DNA of 64,000 bases from NCBI RefSeq assembly GCF_009914755.1, contig NC_060931.1; one strand, given 5' to 3'. The position numbers were made by a program, and so were the translations under genes. This document shows, piece after piece, positions 21,401 through 33,687 of the stretch. The notes under the pieces are model-generated. The model searched no databases, was not told where the DNA came from, and saw only the letters and a program-made list of their open reading frames with translations. The stretch is from the human T2T-CHM13v2.0 reference genome, Homo sapiens. How positions within the stretch are numbered: position 1 is the first letter of the stretch; each line of letters begins with the position of its first letter.

Positions 21401-24400
21401 GCGGCATGAGTTGGGCATCAACAGGCCACCGTGAGGGAGGAACTGGGCCGCACGCGGGCTGCCGGGAGGCCGCCGTGGGGGCGAGAGCTGGGCCTGGAGA
21501 GGCCCCTGGGAGGCAAGAGCGGGACCTGCAGAGGCTGTTCTACCGCCAGAGCTGGGCCTGTACAGGCCACCGAGAGGCAGTAGGCGGGCGCGAAGAGCTT
21601 GGCTCGAGAAAGTTCGGGGCCTACAAAGGCGGTTTTGAGCTGGGCAGGAGTTGAGCCCAAAGAGCTTGCTTACTTGCTGGGAGGCAGGGCCGGGAGACGC
21701 TGACTTCAGGACGACTTGGGCCTGCAGAGGTCGCCAGGAGGCCCAAGCTGGGCGCGGAGGAGCCCACCGACCGGAGACCGTTTGGGGCCTGGAGACGCCA
21801 TCGGAGGGCAGGAGCTGATCCTGGAGAGGCCACCGTGAGGCCTGACCTGGGCCTGGGGAGCTTGGCTTGAGGAAGCTGTGGGCCGACCAAGGCCGCCAGG
21901 AGATGGGCAGGCGCTGAGTCCAAAGAGGTTGTTGGGAGGCAGCAGTCGGGCCTGGAGACGCAGCCGGGAGGAAGAGCTGGGCCCGGAGAGGACGCCGGGA
22001 GGCCGCATGTGGGTCTGGAGAGGCCGACTTGAGGAGGCCCGGCCTCTGCCTCCCTCAGGGCGGCCTCTGCAGGCCCAGCTGTTCCTCCTGGCTGCATCTC
22101 TCGGCCCAGCTCCTGCCTCCCAGCAGGCAAGCTCTTTTGGCTCAGCTCCCTCCAGCGTTTGTAGACCCCGAAGTTTCTGCAGCCAAGCTCTTCAGGCCCA
22201 CATCCTGCCTCCCGGTGGCCTGTACAGTCCCAGCTCTGGCAGCAGAAGAGCGTCAGCAGGCCCCGCTGTTGCCTCCCAGGGGCGTCTCCAGGCCCAGCTC
22301 TCGCCCCACCACGGCCTCCCGCGGCCAAGTCCCTGCCTGCTCCCGGCAGCCTGCGTACGGCCCTGCTCCTCCCTCACGGTGGCCTGTTGAGGCAGGGGCT
22401 CACGCTGACCTCTCTCGGCGTGGGAGGGGCCGGTGTGAGGCAAGGGCTCACGCTGACCTCTCTCGGCGTGGGAGGGGCCGGTGTGAGGCAAGGGGCTCAC
22501 GCCGACCTCTCTCGGCGTGAGAGGGGCCGGTGTGAGGCAAGGGGCTCACGCTGACCTCTCTCTGCGTGGGAGGGGCCGGTGTGAGCCAAGGGGTCAGTGT
22601 GGGAGGGGCCGGTGTGAGGCAAGGGGCTCACGCCGACCTCTCTCAGCGTGGGAGGAGCCAGTGTGAGGCAGGGACTCACGCCTCTGCGCAGGGTGCCAGC
22701 GGCATGAGTTGGGCATCAACAGGCCACCGTGAGGGAGGAACTGGGCCGCACGCGGGCTGCCGGGAGGCCGCCGTGGGGGCGAGAGCTGGGCCTGGAGAGG
22801 CCCCTGGGAGGCAAGAGCGGGACCTGCAGAGGCTGTTCTACCGCCAGAGCTGGGCCTGTACAGGCCACCGAGAGGCAGTAGGCGGGCGCGAAGAGCTTGG
22901 CTCGAGAAAGTTCGGGGCCTACAAAGGCGGTTTTGAGCTGGGCAGGAGTTGAGCCCAAAGAGCTTGCTTACTTGCTGGGAGGCAGGGCCGGGAGACGCTG
23001 ACTTCAGGACGACTTGGGCCTGCAGAGGTCGCCAGGAGGCCCAAGCTGGGCGCGGAGGAGCCCACCGACCGGAGACCGTTTGGGGCCTGGAGACGCCATC
23101 GGAGGGCAGGAGCTGATCCTGGAGAGGCCACCGTGAGGCCTGACCTGGGCCTGGGGAGCTTGGCTTGAGGAAGCTGTGGGCCGACCAAGGCCGCCAGGAG
23201 ATGGGCAGGCGCTGAGTCCAAAGAGGTTGTTGGGAGGCAGCAGTCGGGCCTGGAGACGCAGCCGGGAGGAAGAGCTGGGCCCGGAGAGGACGCCGGGAGG
23301 CCGCATGTGGGTCTGGAGAGGCCGACTTGAGGAGGCCCGGCCTCTGCCTCCCTCAGGGCGGCCTCTGCAGGCCCAGCTGTTCCTCCTGGCTGCATCTCTC
23401 GGCCCAGCTCCTGCCTCCCAGCAGGCAAGCTCTTTTGGCTCAGCTCCCTCCAGCGTTTGTAGACCCCGAAGTTTCTGCAGCCAAGCTCTTCAGGCCCACA
23501 TCCTGCCTCCCGGTGGCCTGTACAGTCCCAGCTCTGGCAGCAGAAGAGCGTCAGCAGGCCCCGCTGTTGCCTCCCAGGGGCGTCTCCAGGCCCAGCTCTC
23601 GCCCCACCACGGCCTCCCGCGGCCAAGTCCCTGCCTGCTCCCGGCAGCCTGCGTACGGCCCTGCTCCTCCCTCACGGTGGCCTGTTGAGGCAGGGGCTCA
23701 CGCTGACCTCTCTCGGCGTGGGAGGGGCCGGTGTGAGGCAAGGGCTCACGCTGACCTCTCTCGGCGTGGGAGGGGCCGGTGTGAGGCAAGGGGCTCACGC
23801 CGACCTCTCTCGGCGTGAGAGGGGCCGGTGTGAGGCAAGGGGCTCACGCTGACCTCTCTCTGCGTGGGAGGGGCCGGTGTGAGCCAAGGGGTCAGTGTGG
23901 GAGGGGCCGGTGTGAGGCAAGGGGCTCACGCCGACCTCTCTCAGCGTGGGAGGAGCCAGTGTGAGGCAGGGACTCACGCCTCTGCGCAGGGTGCCAGCGG
24001 CATGAGTTGGGCATCAACAGGCCACCGTGAGGGAGGAACTGGGCCGCACGCGGGCTGCCGGGAGGCCGCCGTGGGGGCGAGAGCTGGGCCTGGAGAGGCC
24101 CCTGGGAGGCAAGAGCGGGACCTGCAGAGGCTGTTCTACCGCCAGAGCTGGGCCTGTACAGGCCACCGAGAGGCAGTAGGCGGGCGCGAAGAGCTTGGCT
24201 CGAGAAAGTTCGGGGCCTACAAAGGCGGTTTTGAGCTGGGCAGGAGTTGAGCCCAAAGAGCTTGCTTACTTGCTGGGAGGCAGGGCCGGGAGACGCTGAC
24301 TTCAGGACGACTTGGGCCTGCAGAGGTCGCCAGGAGGCCCAAGCTGGGCGCGGAGGAGCCCACCGACCGGAGACCGTTTGGGGCCTGGAGACGCCATCGG

Positions 24401-27400
24401 AGGGCAGGAGCTGATCCTGGAGAGGCCACCGTGAGGCCTGACCTGGGCCTGGGGAGCTTGGCTTGAGGAAGCTGTGGGCCGACCAAGGCCGCCAGGAGAT
24501 GGGCAGGCGCTGAGTCCAAAGAGGTTGTTGGGAGGCAGCAGTCGGGCCTGGAGACGCAGCCGGGAGGAAGAGCTGGGCCCGGAGAGGACGCCGGGAGGCC
24601 GCATGTGGGTCTGGAGAGGCCGACTTGAGGAGGCCCGGCCTCTGCCTCCCTCAGGGCGGCCTCTGCAGGCCCAGCTGTTCCTCCTGGCTGCATCTCTCGG
24701 CCCAGCTCCTGCCTCCCAGCAGGCAAGCTCTTTTGGCTCAGCTCCCTCCAGCGTTTGTAGACCCCGAAGTTTCTGCAGCCAAGCTCTTCAGGCCCACATC
24801 CTGCCTCCCGGTGGCCTGTACAGTCCCAGCTCTGGCAGCAGAAGAGCGTCAGCAGGCCCCGCTGTTGCCTCCCAGGGGCGTCTCCAGGCCCAGCTCTCGC
24901 CCCACCACGGCCTCCCGCGGCCAAGTCCCTGCCTGCTCCCGGCAGCCTGCGTACGGCCCTGCTCCTCCCTCACGGTGGCCTGTTGAGGCAGGGGCTCACG
25001 CTGACCTCTCTCGGCGTGGGAGGGGCCGGTGTGAGGCAAGGGCTCACGCTGACCTCTCTCGGCGTGGGAGGGGCCGGTGTGAGGCAAGGGGGCTCACGCT
25101 GACCTCTCTCGGCGTGAGAGGGGCCGGTGTGAGGCAAGGGGCTCACGCTGACCTCTCTCTGCGTGGGAGGGGCCGGTGTGAGCCAAGGGGTCAGTGTGGG
25201 AGGGGCCGGTGTGAGGCAAGGGGCTCACGCCGACCTCTCTCAGCGTGGGAGGAGCCAGTGTGAGGCAGGGACTCACGCCTCTGCGCAGGGTGCCAGCGGC
25301 ATGAGTTGGGCATCAACAGGCCACCGTGAGGGAGGAACTGGGCCGCACGCGGGCTGCCGGGAGGCCGCCGTGGGGGCGAGAGCTGGGCCTGGAGAGGCCC
25401 CTGGGAGGCAAGAGCGGGACCTGCAGAGGCTGTTCTACCGCCAGAGCTGGGCCTGTACAGGCCACCGAGAGGCAGTAGGCGGGCGCGAAGAGCTTGGCTC
25501 GAGAAAGTTCGGGGCCTACAAAGGCGGTTTTGAGCTGGGCAGGAGTTGAGCCCAAAGAGCTTGCTTACTTGCTGGGAGGCAGGGCCGGGAGACGCTGACT
25601 TCAGGACGACTTGGGCCTGCAGAGGTCGCCAGGAGGCCCAAGCTGGGCGCGGAGGAGCCCACCGACCGGAGACCGTTTGGGGCCTGGAGACGCCATCGGA
25701 GGGCAGGAGCTGATCCTGGAGAGGCCACCGTGAGGCCTGACCTGGGCCTGGGGAGCTTGGCTTGAGGAAGCTGTGGGCCGACCAAGGCCGCCAGGAGATG
25801 GGCAGGCGCTGAGTCCAAAGAGGTTGTTGGGAGGCAGCAGTCGGGCCTGGAGACGCAGCCGGGAGGAAGAGCTGGGCCCGGAGAGGACGCCGGGAGGCCG
25901 CATGTGGGTCTGGAGAGGCCGACTTGAGGAGGCCCGGCCTCTGCCTCCCTCAGGGCGGCCTCTGCAGGCCCAGCTGTTCCTCCTGGCTGCATCTCTCGGC
26001 CCAGCTCCTGCCTCCCAGCAGGCAAGCTCTTTTGGCTCAGCTCCCTCCAGCGTTTGTAGACCCCGAAGTTTCTGCAGCCAAGCTCTTCAGGCCCACATCC
26101 TGCCTCCCGGTGGCCTGTACAGTCCCAGCTCTGGCAGCAGAAGAGCGTCAGCAGGCCCCGCTGTTGCCTCCCAGGGGCGTCTCCAGGCCCAGCTCTCGCC
26201 CCACCACGGCCTCCCGCGGCCAAGTCCCTGCCTGCTCCCGGCAGCCTGCGTACGGCCCTGCTCCTCCCTCACGGTGGCCTGTTGAGGCAGGGGCTCACGC
26301 TGACCTCTCTCGGCGTGGGAGGGGCCGGTGTGAGGCAAGGGCTCACGCTGACCTCTCTCGGCGTGGGAGGGGCCGGTGTGAGGCAAGGGGCTCACGCCGA
26401 CCTCTCTCGGCGTGAGAGGGGCCGGTGTGAGGCAAGGGGCTCACGCTGACCTCTCTCTGCGTGGGAGGGGCCGGTGTGAGCCAAGGGGTCAGTGTGGGAG
26501 GGGCCGGTGTGAGGCAAGGGGCTCACGCCGACCTCTCTCAGCGTGGGAGGAGCCGGTGTGAGGCAGGGACTCACGCCTCTGCGCAGGGTGCCAGCGGCAT
26601 GAGTTGGGCATCAACAGGCCACCGTGAGGGAGGAACTGGGCCGCACGCGGGCTGCCGGGAGGCCGCCGTGGGGGCGAGAGCTGGGCCTGGAGAGGCCCCT
26701 GGGAGGCAAGAGCGGGACCTGCAGAGGCTGTTCTACCGCCAGAGCTGGGCCTGTACAGGCCACCGAGAGGCAGTAGGCGGGCGCGAAGAGCTTGGCTCGA
26801 GAAAGTTCGGGGCCTACAAAGGCGGTTTTGAGCTGGGCAGGAGTTGAGCCCAAAGAGCTTGCTTACTTGCTGGGAGGCAGGGCCGGGAGACGCTGACTTC
26901 AGGACGACTTGGGCCTGCAGAGGTCGCCAGGAGGCCCAAGCTGGGCGCGGAGGAGCCCACCGACCGGAGACCGTTTGGGGCCTGGAGACGCCATCGGAGG
27001 GCAGGAGCTGATCCTGGAGAGGCCACCGTGAGGCCTGACCTGGGCCTGGGGAGCTTGGCTTGAGGAAGCTGTGGGCCGACCAAGGCCGCCAGGAGATGGG
27101 CAGGCGCTGAGTCCAAAGAGGTTGTTGGGAGGCAGCAGTCGGGCCTGGAGACGCAGCCGGGAGGAAGAGCTGGGCCCGGAGAGGACGCCGGGAGGCCGCA
27201 TGTGGGTCTGGAGAGGCCGACTTGAGGAGGCCCGGCCTCTGCCTCCCTCAGGGCGGCCTCTGCAGGCCCAGCTGTTCCTCCTGGCTGCATCTCTCGGCCC
27301 AGCTCCTGCCTCCCAGCAGGCAAGCTCTTTTGGCTCAGCTCCCTCCAGCGTTTGTAGACCCCGAAGTTTCTGCAGCCAAGCTCTTCAGGCCCACATCCTG

Positions 27401-30400
27401 CCTCCCGGTGGCCTGTACAGTCCCAGCTCTGGCAGCAGAAGAGCGTCAGCAGGCCCCGCTGTTGCCTCCCAGGGGCGTCTCCAGGCCCAGCTCTCGCCCC
27501 ACCACGGCCTCCCGCGGCCAAGTCCCTGCCTGCTCCCGGCAGCCTGCGTACGGCCCTGCTCCTCCCTCACGGTGGCCTGTTGAGGCAGGGGCTCACGCTG
27601 ACCTCTCTCGGCGTGGGAGGGGCCGGTGTGAGGCAAGGGCTCACGCTGACCTCTCTCGGCGTGGGAGGGGCCGGTGTGAGGCAAGGGGCTCACGCCGACC
27701 TCTCTCGGCGTGAGAGGGGCCGGTGTGAGGCAAGGGGCTCACGCTGACCTCTCTCTGCGTGGGAGGGGCCGGTGTGAGCCAAGGGGTCAGTGTGGGAGGG
27801 GCCGGTGTGAGGCAAGGGGCTCACGCCGACCTCTCTCAGCGTGGGAGGAGCCAGTGTGAGGCAGGGACTCACGCCTCTGCGCAGGGTGCCAGCGGCATGA
27901 GTTGGGCATCAACAGGCCACCGTGAGGGAGGAACTGGGCCGCACGCGGGCTGCCGGGAGGCCGCCGTGGGGGCGAGAGCTGGGCCTGGAGAGGCCCCTGG
28001 GAGGCAAGAGCGGGACCTGCAGAGGCTGTTCTACCGCCAGAGCTGGGCCTGTACAGGCCACCGAGAGGCAGTAGGCGGGCGCGAAGAGCTTGGCTCGAGA
28101 AAGTTCGGGGCCTACAAAGGCGGTTTTGAGCTGGGCAGGAGTTGAGCCCAAAGAGCTTGCTTACTTGCTGGGAGGCAGGGCCGGGAGACGCTGACTTCAG
28201 GACGACTTGGGCCTGCAGAGGTCGCCAGGAGGCCCAAGCTGGGCGCGGAGGAGCCCACCGACCGGAGACCGTTTGGGGCCTGGAGACGCCATCGGAGGGC
28301 AGGAGCTGATCCTGGAGAGGCCACCGTGAGGCCTGACCTGGGCCTGGGGAGCTTGGCTTGAGGAAGCTGTGGGCCGACCAAGGCCGCCAGGAGATGGGCA
28401 GGCGCTGAGTCCAAAGAGGTTGTTGGGAGGCAGCAGTCGGGCCTGGAGACGCAGCCGGGAGGAAGAGCTGGGCCCGGAGAGGACGCCGGGAGGCCGCATG
28501 TGGGTCTGGAGAGGCCGACTTGAGGAGGCCCGGCCTCTGCCTCCCTCAGGGCGGCCTCTGCAGGCCCAGCTGTTCCTCCTGGCTGCATCTCTCGGCCCAG
28601 CTCCTGCCTCCCAGCAGGCAAGCTCTTTTGGCTCAGCTCCCTCCAGCGTTTGTAGACCCCGAAGTTTCTGCAGCCAAGCTCTTCAGGCCCACATCCTGCC
28701 TCCCGGTGGCCTGTACAGTCCCAGCTCTGGCAGCAGAAGAGCGTCAGCAGGCCCCGCTGTTGCCTCCCAGGGGCGTCTCCAGGCCCAGCTCTCGCCCCAC
28801 CACGGCCTCCCGCGGCCAAGTCCCTGCCTGCTCCCGGCAGCCTGCGTACGGCCCTGCTCCTCCCTCACGGTGGCCTGTTGAGGCAGGGGCTCACGCTGAC
28901 CTCTCTCGGCGTGGGAGGGGCCGGTGTGAGGCAAGGGCTCACGCTGACCTCTCTCGGCGTGGGAGGGGCCGGTGTGAGGCAAGGGGCTCACGCCGACCTC
29001 TCTCGGCGTGAGAGGGGCCGGTGTGAGGCAAGGGGCTCACGCTGACCTCTCTCTGCGTGGGAGGGGCCGGTGTGAGCCAAGGGGTCAGTGTGGGAGGGGC
29101 CGGTGTGAGGCAAGGGGCTCACGCCGACCTCTCTCAGCGTGGGAGGAGCCAGTGTGAGGCAGGGACTCACGCCTCTGCGCAGGGTGCCAGCGGCATGAGT
29201 TGGGCATCAACAGGCCACCGTGAGGGAGGAACTGGGCCGCACGCGGGCTGCCGGGAGGCCGCCGTGGGGGCGAGAGCTGGGCCTGGAGAGGCCCCTGGGA
29301 GGCAAGAGCGGGACCTGCAGAGGCTGTTCTACCGCCAGAGCTGGGCCTGTACAGGCCACCGAGAGGCAGTAGGCGGGCGCGAAGAGCTTGGCTCGAGAAA
29401 GTTCGGGGCCTACAAAGGCGGTTTTGAGCTGGGCAGGAGTTGAGCCCAAAGAGCTTGCTTACTTGCTGGGAGGCAGGGCCGGGAGACGCTGACTTCAGGA
29501 CGACTTGGGCCTGCAGAGGTCGCCAGGAGGCCCAAGCTGGGCGCGGAGGAGCCCACCGACCGGAGACCGTTTGGGGCCTGGAGACGCCATCGGAGGGCAG
29601 GAGCTGATCCTGGAGAGGCCACCGTGAGGCCTGACCTGGGCCTGGGGAGCTTGGCTTGAGGAAGCTGTGGGCCGACCAAGGCCGCCAGGAGATGGGCAGG
29701 CGCTGAGTCCAAAGAGGTTGTTGGGAGGCAGCAGTCGGGCCTGGAGACGCAGCCGGGAGGAAGAGCTGGGCCCGGAGAGGACGCCGGGAGGCCGCATGTG
29801 GGTCTGGAGAGGCCGACTTGAGGAGGCCCGGCCTCTGCCTCCCTCAGGGCGGCCTCTGCAGGCCCAGCTGTTCCTCCTGGCTGCATCTCTCGGCCCAGCT
29901 CCTGCCTCCCAGCAGGCAAGCTCTTTTGGCTCAGCTCCCTCCAGCGTTTGTAGACCCCGAAGTTTCTGCAGCCAAGCTCTTCAGGCCCACATCCTGCCTC
30001 CCGGTGGCCTGTACAGTCCCAGCTCTGGCAGCAGAAGAGCGTCAGCAGGCCCCGCTGTTGCCTCCCAGGGGCGTCTCCAGGCCCAGCTCTCGCCCCACCA
30101 CGGCCTCCCGCGGCCAAGTCCCTGCCTGCTCCCGGCAGCCTGCGTACGGCCCTGCTCCTCCCTCACGGTGGCCTGTTGAGGCAGGGGCTCACGCTGACCT
30201 CTCTCGGCGTGGGAGGGGCCGGTGTGAGGCAAGGGCTCACGCTGACCTCTCTCGGCGTGGGAGGGGCCGGTGTGAGGCAAGGGGCTCACGCTGACCTCTC
30301 TCGGCGTGAGAGGGGCCGGTGTGAGGCAAGGGGCTCACGCTGACCTCTCTCTGCGTGGGAGGGGCCGGTGTGAGCCAAGGGGTCAGTGTGGGAGGGGCCG

Positions 30401-32422
30401 GTGTGAGGCAAGGGGCTCACGCCGACCTCTCTCAGCGTGGGAGGAGCCAGTGTGAGGCAGGGACTCACGCCTCTGCGCAGGGTGCCAGCGGCATGAGTCG
30501 GGCATCAACAGGCCACCGTGAGGGAGGAACTGGGCCGCACGCGGGCTGCCGGGAGGCCGCCGTGGGGGCGAGAGCTGGGCCTGGAGAGGCCCCTGGGAGG
30601 CAAGAGCGGGACCTGCAGAGGCTGTTCTACCGCCAGAGCTGGGCCTGTACAGGCCACCGAGAGGCAGTAGGCGGGCGCGAAGAGCTTGGCTCGAGAAAGT
30701 TCGGGGCCTACAAAGGCGGTTTTGAGCTGGGCAGGAGTTGAGCCCAAAGAGCTTGCTTACTTGCTGGGAGGCAGGGCCGGGAGACGCTGACTTCAGGACG
30801 ACTTGGGCCTGCAGAGGTCGCCAGGAGGCCCAAGCTGGGCGCGGAGGAGCCCACCGACCGGAGACCGTTTGGGGCCTGGAGACGCCATCGGAGGGCAGGA
30901 GCTGATCCTGGAGAGGCCACCGTGAGGCCTGACCTGGGCCTGGGGAGCTTGGCTTGAGGAAGCTGTGGGCCGACCAAGGCCGCCAGGAGATGGGCAGGCG
31001 CTGAGTCCAAAGAGGTTGTTGGGAGGCAGCAGTCGGGCCTGGAGACGCAGCCGGGAGGAAGAGCTGGGCCCGGAGAGGACGCCGGGAGGCCGCATGTGGG
31101 TCTGGAGAGGCCGACTTGAGGAGGCCCGGCCTCTGCCTCCCTCATGGCGGCCTCTGCAGGCCCAGCTGTTCCTCCTGGCTGCATCTCTCGGCCCAGCTCC
31201 TGCCTCCCAGCAGGCAAGCTCTTTTGGCTCAGCTCCCTCCAGCGTTTGTAGACCCCGAAGTTTCTGCAGCCAAGCTCTTCAGGCCCACATCCTGCCTCCC
31301 GGTGGCCTGTACAGTCCCAGCTCTGGCAGCAGAAGAGCGTCAGCAGGCCCCGCTGTTGCCTCCCAGGGGCGTCTCCAGGCCCAGCTCTCGCCCCACCACG
31401 GCCTCCCGCGGCCAAGTCCCTGCCTGCTCCCGGCAGCCTGCGTACGGCCCTGCTCCTCCCTCACGGTGGCCTGTTGAGGCAGGGGCTCACGCTGACCTCT
31501 CTCGGCGTGGGAGGGGCCGGTGTGAGGCAAGGGCTCACGCTGACCTCTCTCGGCGTGGGAGGGGCCGGTGTGAGGCAAGGGGCTCACGCTGACCTCTCTC
31601 GGCGTGAGAGGGGCCGGTGTGAGGCAAGGGGCTCACGCTGACCTCTCTCTGCGTGGGAGGGGCCGGTGTGAGCCAAGGGGTCAGTGTGGGAGGGGCCGGT
31701 GTGAGGCAAGGGGCTCACGCCGACCTCTCTCAGCGTGGGAGGAGCCAGTGTGAGGCAGGGACTCACGCCTCTGCGCAGGGTGCCAGCGGCATGAGTCGGG
31801 CATCAACAGGCCACCGTGAGGGAGGAACTGGGCCGCACGCGGGCTGCCGGGAGGCCGCCGTGGGGGCGAGAGCTGGGCCTGGAGAGGCCCCTGGGAGGCA
31901 AGAGCGGGACCTGCAGAGGCTGTTCTACCGCCAGAGCTGGGCCTGTACAGGCCACCGAGAGGCAGTAGGCGGGCGCGAAGAGCTTGGCTCGAGAAAGTTC
32001 GGGGCCTACAAAGGCGGTTTTGAGCTGGGCAGGAGTTGAGCCCAAAGAGCTTGCTTACTTGCTGGGAGGCAGGGCCGGGAGACGCTGACTTCAGGACGAC
32101 TTGGGCCTGCAGAGGTCGCCAGGAGGCCCAAGCTGGGCGCGGAGGAGCCCACCGACTGGAGACCGTTTGGGGCCTGGAGACGCCATCGGAGGGCAGGAGC
32201 TGATCCTGGAGAGGCCACCGTGAGGCCTGACCTGGGCCTGGGGAGCTTGGCTTGAGGAAGCTGTGGGCCGACCAAGGCCGCCAGGAGATGGGCAGGCGCT
32301 GAGTCCAAAGAGGTTGTTGGGAGGCAGCAGTCGGGCCTGGAGACGCAGCCGGGAGGAAGAGCTGGGCCCGGAGAGGACGCCGGGAGGCCGCATGTGGGTC
32401 TGGAGAGGCCGACTTGAGGAGG

Positions 32423-33687
32423 CCCGGCCTCTGCCTCCCTCATGGCGGCCTCTGCAGGCCCAGCTGTTCCTCCTGGCTGCATCTCTCGGCCCAGCTCCTG
32501 CCTCCCAGCAGGCAAGCTCTTTTGGCTCAGCTCCCTCCAGCGTTTGTAGACCCCGAAGTTTCTGCAGCCAAGCTCTTCAGGCCCACATCCTGCCTCCCGG
32601 TGGCCTGTACAGTCCCAGCTCTGGCAGCAGAAGAGCGTCAGCAGGCCCCGCTGTTGCCTCCCAGGGGCGTCTCCAGGCCCAGCTCTCGCCCCACCACGGC
32701 CTCCCGCGGCCAAGTCCCTGCCTGCTCCCGGCAGCCTGCGTACGGCCCTGCTCCTCCCTCACGGTGGCCTGTTGAGGCAGGGGCTCACGCTGACCTCTCT
32801 CGGCGTGGGAGGGGCCGGTGTGAGGCAAGGGCTCACGCTGACCTCTCTCGGCGTGGGAGGGGCCGGTGTGAGGCAAGGGGCTCACGCTGACCTCTCTCGG
32901 CGTGAGAGGGGCCGGTGTGAGGCAAGGGGCTCACGCTGACCTCTCTCTGCGTGGGAGGGGCCGGTGTGAGGCAAGGGGCTCACGCCGACCTCTCTCAGCG
33001 TGGGAGGAGCCAGTGTGAGGCAGGGACTCACGCCTCTGCGCAGGGTGCCAGCGGCATGAGTTGGGCATCAACAGGCCACCGTGAGGGAGGAACTGGGCCG
33101 CACGCGGGTTGCCGGGAGGCCGCCGTGGGGGCGAGAGCTGGGCCTGGAGAGGCCCCTGGGAGGCAAGAGCGGGACCTGCAGAGGCTGTTCTACCGCCAGA
33201 GCTGGGCCTGTACAGGCCACCGAGAGGCAGTAGGCGGGCGCGAAGAGCTTGGCTCGAGAAAGTTCGGGGCCTACAAAGGCGGTTTTGAGCTGGGCAGGAG
33301 TTGAGCCCAAAGAGCTTGCTTACTTGCTGGGAGGCAGGGCCGGGAGACGCTGACTTCAGGACGACTTGGGCCTGCAGAGGTCGCCAGGAGGCCCAAGCTG
33401 GGCGCGGAGGAGCCCACCGACCGGAGACCGTTTGGGGCCTGGAGACGCCATCGGAGGGCAGGAGCTGATCCTGGAGAGGCCACCGTGAGGCCTGACCTGG
33501 GCCTGGGGAGCTTGGCTTGAGGAAGCTGTGGGCCGACCAAGGCCGCCAGGAGATGGGCAGGCGCTGAGTCCAAAGAGGTTGTTGGGAGGCAGCAGTCGGG
33601 CCTGGAGACGCAGCCGGGAGGAAGAGCTGGGCCCGGAGAGGACGCCGGGAGGATGCATGTGGGTCTGGAGAGGCCGACTTGAGGAGG
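32423..33687. repeat. Short unit 26 (1265 bp), lacking the 33-bp truncated monomer
   Basis: Anchor spacing 32414 to 33679 is 1265; 'gagccaaggggtcagt' is absent at ~32965. Confidence 0.95.
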
